From a virus (Duplodnaviria; Heunggongvirae; Uroviricota; Caudoviricetes), in the IMG/VR virus record IMGVR_UViG_3300020156_000001, positions 298,321-362,320 of that record: a DNA stretch of 64,000 bases; one strand, 5' to 3'. Below are positions 57,301-64,000 of this stretch, piece after piece; positions within the stretch are counted from its first letter, which is position 1, and the number at the start of each line of letters is the position of its first letter. The position numbers and the translations under genes are program-made. The notes beneath the pieces were generated by a model that was not told the origin of the DNA, made no database searches, and saw nothing but the letters and a program-made list of their open reading frames with translations.

Positions 57301-57961
57301 ACTTGCTGACCAAAGCGAATATGCGGCTGCAAAGGGTCGTATGAACCTAAAGTTCCAGTGGAAGCATTATGCGCCAGTGGATCATCGTATTGATCCAGCA
57401 ATCTCTAACATCATCGATATCTTCGTGCTTACACGTGAGTACGACACGATGATGAAGACTTGGTACAAGAACGGTTCCAACATTAACTTGCTGCCAGAGC
57501 CAACAAGCGAACTTCAACTCCGTAACAGCTATTCGGAACTTGAGGAATTCAAAATGTTCTCTGACCAGATTAGCTGGCGCCCAGTCAAATACAAGTTGCT
57601 GTTTGGTAAAAGCGCAGCCAATGAACTACAAGCAAAGTTCAAGGTTGTTAAACTTCCAAACACCACAATCAGCGATGGCGAAATCAAGTCTCGTGTCATC
57701 CAGGCAGTGCAAAATTTCTTCGATGTAAATAGCTGGGACTTTGGTGAAACATTCTACTTCACGGAACTTGCGGGTTACTTGCACAATGTTCTTTCCACTG
57801 CAATCAGTTCGATTGTGTTGGTTCCATTGAAAGAATCGCAAAGCTTTGGTGAATTGTTTGAGGTTCGTTGTAACCCAGACGAAATGTTCTTCCCAACAGC
57901 CAGTGTAAATGACGTAGAAATTATTCCAGCGAATACTCCTACAAGCTTGAGGATCAAATAA
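54365..57961 (+). CDS. gp6: baseplate wedge subunit (gp6-like, extended)
   Basis: FDFDTIR, EDFNDWIESSEF, RENFLDVARSRESI, LRFGDGRFG, RMVSGEDY. Confidence 0.9.
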   Translation: MSSTQRQSELFAGQDWTAIYKAFAEVNLNAFDFDTIRNSMKEYIQRNYPEDFNDWIESSEFVAVLDLMAYLGQSLAFRMDINARENFLDVARSRESILRLTRALSYSPRRNYPARGLVKLTEIRASQDIIDSSGTNLNNVVVLWDDPNNPNWFEQFILILNASLIQTNPFGTPLKTASISGVNTQLYRMENIPFTMGNIPFSSSIGGVNYNFDLVNVDFSTQRGFFERAPNPQNSFHIIYRNDGNGNNSKDTGFFLMFKQGSLQNRDIAIIEPIENRVIDIEVPNINDIDVWLQTVNDDGTVVMDWDRVGFVPSDDITKIVMTGENISYNSLATEVRDIYQVITRDNDTVSLRFGDGRFGTIPMGNVRFFFRQSAGTSLAIRPEDMRNVAISLPYTTTKQTTATVVLSFSLQETVINAAPAETNDEIRRRAAGMYATQGRMVSGEDYNNFPASNNLALKIKSINRVYSGHSRFIDLNDPTGTYQSTNVFSDDGCLYREENYSYDEIPLSSNFSIQEMITEKIIPSIQSVEMRDFLYQDWLEKTGNGTYNFTFSGTPTIWQQSSNSIYSSTGRFARTAVLPDTTEQWDEAAIVLGIHAPETSVERFISQGALVKFKKAGWVTINNVEGTGAAFLNSNEGPVRLNEVVGTGDSVIRLLPTIRRELSVSEYEQLTQLISSKRTFGIGWNFIERKWYFVDSARMNLSGAYDFETKESTSDASWVIKCEYSPLNWRITARGLRYVFESMEDVKFFFVNRYRSIDPNTGKVGTDHVNILSSNTSPNVINSIDWLPQKRYYVGDIISLRDTYNGADVVAYYECILDHTAGVQFEATRADLDLSGETPKPVLIQYWRPASPGLIKDVVWDIENTYTYDDGYMEPRRIKITFSDADVDGQPDNPESFNDITGKGEWVFHQRVTDTFGYSSYKIINGIKALPYGAALPVLQPNEVIYIYEDDQRTGTFYRNLMGIAAVPVIGRTKEIAPLADQSEYAAAKGRMNLKFQWKHYAPVDHRIDPAISNIIDIFVLTREYDTMMKTWYKNGSNINLLPEPTSELQLRNSYSELEEFKMFSDQISWRPVKYKLLFGKSAANELQAKFKVVKLPNTTISDGEIKSRVIQAVQNFFDVNSWDFGETFYFTELAGYLHNVLSTAISSIVLVPLKESQSFGELFEVRCNPDEMFFPTASVNDVEIIPANTPTSLRIK

Positions 57962-60900
57962 TGGCAGACAAGCCCGGTAACCGCAATCAAATCAACGGCT
58001 CTTATCGCTTTCGTGGTGATAACATTGACAAAGCCAAGTTTGACAAGCGCCGTGTTATCAAGCTACTTCCAGGTGTAAACCAAACAGAAACCCTACAGAA
58101 GTTCTTTGGAGCTACTGCGGATCATTTGTTTGAACCTGGGCAAAGCAAGCCACTAAACGGCTATATTGGTCGTTCGGTAAGCTATGCTGAGAATGAGACA
58201 AACTATTACCTAAACGAGGAAACGCTTGAGCGCAGCTTTTATCAATTGGAACCTTCGATGGTTTCCATTGATGAAACAGGTGAAAATCGTGCCTTGTTGT
58301 TTTATGATGATCTCATCAATAACCTGCGTTTCCAAGGTGGTATTGTTAACAACCATCACCGCTTGTTCTCACAGGATTATTTCAGCTGGGCCCCAAGCAT
58401 TGATCTAGACAAGTTCCTAAACTACCGCGAATATTGCTGGGTTCCTGAAGGACCAACCCCAGTTGAAATTCGTGGTCACGCTGCCCAGTACGTGGCTGAT
58501 GGCGCGGTTCGCGTTTACGACTTGACTACAAAATATCCTGCTCCGGTACTTGCTGCTCAAGTCAACGTAACTGTTGATGGCATCGAAGTTCCATTTACCT
58601 ATAACGCCACAGCCAAGCAAGTAACCCTGCAAACAACACCGGTTAAGGGTGCGCTTGTAAAGGTATACACCGCTGTTAGCGTGCAAAAGGATATTGTTGG
58701 TCAACCAACATTTGCTTTTGAAAACGACGTTAAGCTGGAATCTAATCTTCGCATTGTTGTTCGCAACGATAAAGAAAACTCGCAGATTGGCAAGGTGTTT
58801 GTTGTTGAAGCTGTTGGCGAAGGCATTCTGCTTATCGAAGATGCTGATCCGGATTTGGGTTTGAAGAAAGACTATATCGTAATGCAGCGCGGTGCATCCG
58901 ACGGCAACGATTGGTCCACAAAAAACCGTTGGTTCCACAAGAGCCTACTAAAGGGTTATTCCAAAGAAAACTTGAAGAACATTCAAGCTCGTCGTCCTAT
59001 CGTTGAGTTTGTTCGCAACATTCAGTTGTTCAACTTTGGTACATCCAAGCGCAAAGCTGTAAATCTTGTCTCGCATAGTGCACCAGACTTCTTTGGTGCA
59101 GTTAACGGACAGATCAATTCCACAAAGCGCATTGATGGTGTAATTTTGAACCGCGCTTGGATTGAAGCCAATGGCATCAATGGCGTTGTTCGTATTCTTG
59201 TTGTCAATGACGAAGACCCACGTATCAACAACCGCGTTTACCGTGTAAGCTTTAACGCAACAACCGACAAGATGAAAGTCACGTTGGTTGCTGATGGTGC
59301 TGATGTTTCGGGTGCACCAGTAATTGGTGAATCAGTTGATGTTCTTGCAGGTGCAAGCCTTGGTATAATGAACCTTTACTGGACTGGTGAAACTTGGAAA
59401 ACATCGCAGCGTAAGACTTCGACAAACCAGTTCCCACTGTTTAACCTATTCGACGCAAATGGCGTTGAGCTAAACGATGTTGGTATCTATCCCAACAGCA
59501 CGTTTGAAGGTTGCCGCTTGTTTGGTTATCGTGAAGATACCACGCTAAGCCGCGCAGTTGATCGTGAGCTTGGTATTCGTTTGGTTCACGACAACAAGGG
59601 TGAGATTCAGTTCGAAAACTATTTGGCAACATTCAACGGCATTTACAAAATTGGCGTTGATGAGTTTGACCTACCATCTCAGCGTTTCTACAAAATCCAA
59701 CGCAATGGCGAAACAATCCAAACCAATGACTGGTATGCAGTTGCAAAGCCAAGCCGTCAAATGGTTGTTGATAAGATTGTTGCAACAAACGATTACCACT
59801 TGTTCAGCGCAAGCCAAGAACCAGTTGAACCAGTTGCTGAAAACCTACAGGTACTATTCAACAATACAGTGCTGAAAAACGGCGAAGACTTTATTCGTCG
59901 TAACAATCAGATCCTGTTGATGGAATCCAATCCGGGCGATCACATTGAGATCCGCACGTTCAACCCATCAAACAAGCCAATGAACACAACGGGTCAGTAT
60001 GAGATTCCGTTGAACTTGCAGGCAAACCCAAAGTGGGAACAAGTAACATACGCGACATGGGGTGAACTACAAAGCCAATTCATTGGTATCATCCGTTCGC
60101 AAGCTGGCTTTGTTGGTCAGGAACATTCTGCGAATAACTGGAAAGATATTCCACACGACTTGAGCCTAGGTAAGTTTATTGTCTCGCACACTGCGCCATT
60201 GCTTCGCACGATGTTGTTGAATTCTATTAAGGATATCGACTTTATCAAAAGCGTTGCCTACGCACAAGACGAATACGCACGTTTCCGTGGCAAGTTCGAC
60301 CAGAAGATCAACGAGTATATGATCTCCAATCGTCTCGGAGCTAATGCAACTCCAGCGCAGTGGGTTGAATCGGCTCTCGTGGATATTGCCAAGGGCTTTA
60401 CACACGACTTCCCATTCTTCCACTCCCGTATGTGCGTGGCTGAGGGTAGCTCTGCTCGTTACTTTATCCCACCAACACCAAGCTTCTTGGGTATCTACCC
60501 AATTCAAGAGCCACGTGTTTATGTGGAGCCAATCAACGGCAAACAATTTATCATCGGCCACGATGGTTCAAGTTTCCCATTCTACGAAGACATTCGTGAC
60601 GATGTAACGTTGGAACTTGAGCGCCGCATCTATGCAAGCGCACCCGACTTTATCCGCACACACGAAGAAGGATACTTCGACGACAAGGCTTTGGTTTCCA
60701 ACAAGTTCTACTCGGGTGAATATTCGGCTGCTGAAATGGCAACCATCCTACGCCCAATGTTTGAAAAGTGGAGCGTAAGCTTTGGTATTGATTACCGCAT
60801 CAACGACACATTTAATGCAAATGATCCATTTACATGGAACTGGCGTTCGTGCGTGGACAAGGACAACCGTCCGCTTCCAGGTCACTGGAGAGGCATCTAC

Positions 60901-63900
60901 AACTACTTCTATGGCACTGATCGTCCACACACTCATCCTTGGGAAATGTTGGGCTTTGAATACATGCCATCGTGGTGGGTTGCACGTTATGGTACGGCTC
61001 CTTATGGCTCGGGCAATATTCCGCTATGGCGTGATCTGCAAGCGGGTAAAATTGCTGAAGGTCCTCGTGCGGGCACTTACACTCGTTATGCAAAGCCAAA
61101 TCTTCTAAACTGGTTGCCAGTGGATGATCAAGGCACGCTATTGGATCCACTTGCTGCTCGCATCACCAATGTTCCACCTCGTATGGTTAAGGCTTCTGAG
61201 GAATGGGTATGGGGTGATGGTGCACCTGCTGAAGCCGCATGGAAGCAAAGCTTCTGGTATCCGTTTGCACTGGCGCAAGCCTGCTATTTGATGAAGCCAC
61301 CTCACTTTGTTGAAACAACTTGGGATATCGAACGTAACTTGGAACGTGAAGCAAACCGCGGCTATGGTTTCCCATATGCTGAGGAAACACTTCACACCGA
61401 AGTTCAGTTCGATGGCACGATCGCTTACAAGCATGGTTCGCAACAGTGGGTTGTCGACTACTTGAAGAGCAAGAACAAGAACATCAAGGAAAACCTTGGT
61501 GACTTGATTCGCGGTCTTGATGTAAAGCTCGCTTACAAAGTTGGTGGCTTTACAGAGTCGAGCAGCCTGTATGTGGTGTCCGATAACATCGATCGTCTTC
61601 CACCCGAAGATGTCGCGGTTGAACTCTATAAGAGCCCAAGCATTCGTGAAGAATTCCAAGGTGGTATTCTTGTTCGTAAGGATCCAAATGGCTTTAAGGT
61701 ATTTGGATATGACATCTTGGATCCAGTATTCAAGATCATTCCAAGTGAGCCATCAGGCCGTTCGATCAGCATTAGCGCGGGCAACAGCAACCGTGTTCGT
61801 ATTCCAAACTGGAAGCCAAATTCCTATTATGGAATCAACACCACTGTTCGTTACATCGACAAGTATTACCGTGCAATTCGCGCACACACCAGCTCACGCA
61901 ATTTTGAAGCTAATTACTGGCTTGAAGTTGCACGCCCAGCTGGCGCGGATATGGCTGCGGTATCCTATTACATGGATGCAAAGAACGACACCATTGTTGA
62001 GCGTGTTCCTTATGGTTCGTTAATCCGTACGCCACAGGAAATGGCAACATTTATCAGTGGTTACTCTCGTTATTTGGAATCTCGTGGTTGGACGTTTAAT
62101 GGTGTGGCCAGCGACGAAAGCTCCATTTACGATTGGAAGCTAAGCCTCAAGGACTTTCTAGCTTGGGCACAAAAGAGTGAAACCAAAGACGGTGACATGA
62201 TTTCGCTGATTCCAAACAGCGGCGAAATCCAGTTCAACACGGATCACGGTAACGTTGAGCCAATCGAACAAATCGTTAATGGTGTTTACTCGATCCTAGA
62301 CAAGCTGGGCAATCCAGTAAAAGCCTACAACACCAACGTTATTCGTGAGGATGGTTCGGTAGTCGTACAGACCCGTAGTGGTCAGGAAATGTATGCGTGC
62401 CGCCTACACATTAGCGAAATCGAACATGTTATCGTTATCAACAACACAACGATTTTCGGTGACATTGTTTACTCGCCATTGTTCAACATCCGTCAAGATC
62501 GTTTGCGTTTGCAGGGCTTTAAGACACGTGGCTGGAAGGGTCGCGTGGATGCACCAGGCTTCCTCGTAAATGGAAACAAGCTAACCGTTAACTTTGAAAA
62601 AGCTGCCGATGACTTCCGTCGCCTATTCGATGTTGAGTCGATTGAAAACAGCAACCTCAAGGATCGCGCACGCGCTAACTTTGGCTACCAGGAAAAGGAA
62701 TACCTAAGCAACTTGTTGATGACTCCAACGAATCAGTTCGAGTTCCATCAGGGTATGATCCAGCAGAAGGGAACGATCTCTTCTATGCGCAAATTGTTCC
62801 GCAGCAAGTTCGTTCGCCACAATGATGGTCTAAACGTTCTTGAAGAGTGGGGCTTCCGTATTGGCGAATATGGTGCAAGCGAAATCCGTCCTTCGATGGA
62901 CTTCCTAATCAAGCAGGGCGACTTTAAGAACTCGCCGCAAATGTTCCAATTCAACGGCTCTGGTCAGGGTGGTTGGGACTTGCGTTTGGCTTGGGATTCC
63001 GATCACTGGGATTACTTGAAGAACGTTGAAACTGTTCGTGCCCGTTATAGCATCAAGGGTCTAAAGAAGATCATGATGACAAATACTGGTGCGGGTTATA
63101 CGGAAGTTCCATCCGTACGCGTCGTAGGAGACACTTCAGGAGCGTCCCTCCGCGCGATTCTTGATTGGAAAGCATCTGGTATTGAGGAAGTCAAAGTCGT
63201 ACGTGGTGGCACTGGGTTCTTTGAGGGTGACGTAGTGGAATTCGATGGCACCGGTGTAGGTGCTGCCGCTATTGTTAGCTCGGTGGATTATGGTTCATCC
63301 AAGATCGCATCCGTTTATGTAACAGTGGACAATGGTTCTTCTGTTGCTGGCTCCGGTTATAAGGTTGGACAGGAACTCAAGTTCAACGGCGGCAATGGCA
63401 ACGGTAAAGCTCGCATCACTGAAGTTGATGCTAATGGTGCTATCGTTAAGTTGGAAGTTTCCAACCCAGGCGCTGGTTACGACGGTACGTTTGATACTGT
63501 ATTCCCAGACTTCAACTTTACTGCATTGGGTCGTATTGGTATGAGCGTAACTGGTGGTCGTGTAAATGCGATCACAGTAACAAGCAAGGGTCAGAATTAT
63601 GATCCTGCAACTGCCGCACGTTTTACAGGCACTGGTAAGAATGCCGTTGTAAGCATCCGCGTTGGTGGTGGTTCAATCCAGGGTATCGAAGTTCTAAACC
63701 GCGGTGGGGGTTTTGAAACTGCGCCACAAATTGAAATCCTAGGCGGTGGAGCTCCAACAGTTCCAGCGGTTGCGGTTGCTGTGGTGCAAGATACTATGGC
63801 ACCGGGTCAGGTTGAAATCGCACGCTTTAAGCGTCTTGAAGGTATTATCCTCAAGTCGTTTACAGTTCGTTGCACAAACCCATTCAATGGTGTTCAGCCA

Positions 63901-64000
63901 CAACTTACAATCGGCGATATCGACAACAATGCGCGTTATGTTGGTCCAATTAACTTGGCAACAGAAAGCTCCAAAACTTATGTGATGGATGATGGCGTGC
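57961..64000 (+). CDS. very large baseplate/virion structural protein, 3'-partial (>2000 aa)
   Basis: ATG at 57961 coupled to the gp6 stop (TAATG); the frame appears open to the window end (MADKPGNRNQ...), hence its absence from the ORF track. Confidence 0.8.
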   Translation, partial: MADKPGNRNQINGSYRFRGDNIDKAKFDKRRVIKLLPGVNQTETLQKFFGATADHLFEPGQSKPLNGYIGRSVSYAENETNYYLNEETLERSFYQLEPSMVSIDETGENRALLFYDDLINNLRFQGGIVNNHHRLFSQDYFSWAPSIDLDKFLNYREYCWVPEGPTPVEIRGHAAQYVADGAVRVYDLTTKYPAPVLAAQVNVTVDGIEVPFTYNATAKQVTLQTTPVKGALVKVYTAVSVQKDIVGQPTFAFENDVKLESNLRIVVRNDKENSQIGKVFVVEAVGEGILLIEDADPDLGLKKDYIVMQRGASDGNDWSTKNRWFHKSLLKGYSKENLKNIQARRPIVEFVRNIQLFNFGTSKRKAVNLVSHSAPDFFGAVNGQINSTKRIDGVILNRAWIEANGINGVVRILVVNDEDPRINNRVYRVSFNATTDKMKVTLVADGADVSGAPVIGESVDVLAGASLGIMNLYWTGETWKTSQRKTSTNQFPLFNLFDANGVELNDVGIYPNSTFEGCRLFGYREDTTLSRAVDRELGIRLVHDNKGEIQFENYLATFNGIYKIGVDEFDLPSQRFYKIQRNGETIQTNDWYAVAKPSRQMVVDKIVATNDYHLFSASQEPVEPVAENLQVLFNNTVLKNGEDFIRRNNQILLMESNPGDHIEIRTFNPSNKPMNTTGQYEIPLNLQANPKWEQVTYATWGELQSQFIGIIRSQAGFVGQEHSANNWKDIPHDLSLGKFIVSHTAPLLRTMLLNSIKDIDFIKSVAYAQDEYARFRGKFDQKINEYMISNRLGANATPAQWVESALVDIAKGFTHDFPFFHSRMCVAEGSSARYFIPPTPSFLGIYPIQEPRVYVEPINGKQFIIGHDGSSFPFYEDIRDDVTLELERRIYASAPDFIRTHEEGYFDDKALVSNKFYSGEYSAAEMATILRPMFEKWSVSFGIDYRINDTFNANDPFTWNWRSCVDKDNRPLPGHWRGIYNYFYGTDRPHTHPWEMLGFEYMPSWWVARYGTAPYGSGNIPLWRDLQAGKIAEGPRAGTYTRYAKPNLLNWLPVDDQGTLLDPLAARITNVPPRMVKASEEWVWGDGAPAEAAWKQSFWYPFALAQACYLMKPPHFVETTWDIERNLEREANRGYGFPYAEETLHTEVQFDGTIAYKHGSQQWVVDYLKSKNKNIKENLGDLIRGLDVKLAYKVGGFTESSSLYVVSDNIDRLPPEDVAVELYKSPSIREEFQGGILVRKDPNGFKVFGYDILDPVFKIIPSEPSGRSISISAGNSNRVRIPNWKPNSYYGINTTVRYIDKYYRAIRAHTSSRNFEANYWLEVARPAGADMAAVSYYMDAKNDTIVERVPYGSLIRTPQEMATFISGYSRYLESRGWTFNGVASDESSIYDWKLSLKDFLAWAQKSETKDGDMISLIPNSGEIQFNTDHGNVEPIEQIVNGVYSILDKLGNPVKAYNTNVIREDGSVVVQTRSGQEMYACRLHISEIEHVIVINNTTIFGDIVYSPLFNIRQDRLRLQGFKTRGWKGRVDAPGFLVNGNKLTVNFEKAADDFRRLFDVESIENSNLKDRARANFGYQEKEYLSNLLMTPTNQFEFHQGMIQQKGTISSMRKLFRSKFVRHNDGLNVLEEWGFRIGEYGASEIRPSMDFLIKQGDFKNSPQMFQFNGSGQGGWDLRLAWDSDHWDYLKNVETVRARYSIKGLKKIMMTNTGAGYTEVPSVRVVGDTSGASLRAILDWKASGIEEVKVVRGGTGFFEGDVVEFDGTGVGAAAIVSSVDYGSSKIASVYVTVDNGSSVAGSGYKVGQELKFNGGNGNGKARITEVDANGAIVKLEVSNPGAGYDGTFDTVFPDFNFTALGRIGMSVTGGRVNAITVTSKGQNYDPATAARFTGTGKNAVVSIRVGGGSIQGIEVLNRGGGFETAPQIEILGGGAPTVPAVAVAVVQDTMAPGQVEIARFKRLEGIILKSFTVRCTNPFNGVQPQLTIGDIDNNARYVGPINLATESSKTYVMDDGV

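Noticed and set aside
58226-63985. Apparent gene desert with only short ORFs in the track
   Set aside because: It is explained by one large ORF from 57961 that has no stop inside the window.
1-64000. CRISPR array, tRNA genes, integrase or transposase
   Set aside because: I saw no regularly spaced direct repeats, cloverleaf/T-loop signatures or recombinase motifs by eye. A tRNAscan run would be needed to exclude tRNAs fully.
1-64000. Stop-codon reassignment, as found in some jumbo phages
   Set aside because: Core genes (gp23, gp20, gp46, gp6) are full length under the standard code.

Overview
This window is 64 kb of a large T4-superfamily (jumbo) myophage genome. The host is probably an Alphaproteobacterium, inferred from the TTGAC-N15-G(C/T)TA early-promoter style. 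It carries the head module: major capsid gp23, scaffold gp22, prohead protease gp21, two duplicated acidic core proteins and portal gp20. It also has a tape-measure-like gene, baseplate genes (gp26, gp51, gp53, gp5, gp25, gp6 and a >2000-aa ORF running off the right end), gp46/gp47, the late sigma factor gp55, RNase H, a Holliday-junction resolvase, a DNA glycosylase, a glycosyltransferase and islands of small early genes. Early (TTGAC...G(C/T)TA) and late (TAAATA) promoters can be read directly. The most striking unexplained features are: (1) a four-gene late operon in which Ig-like domains appear split across proteins, so that a scaffold with about 8 incomplete Ig folds could be completed by N-terminal donor hairpins on two beta-propeller proteins; (2) a small protein ending in RQFRGG translationally coupled to a Cys-motif partner, a possible ubiquitin-like modifier pair; (3) a ~900-nt hairpin-dense non-coding locus beside RNase H; (4) apparent decoy or dead copies of virion proteins (a 66-aa capsid fragment, a degenerate terminase ATPase, dead enzyme domains on gp5); and (5) two paralogous Tat-signal early proteins. 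All family calls come from motif recognition by eye; no database searches were run.
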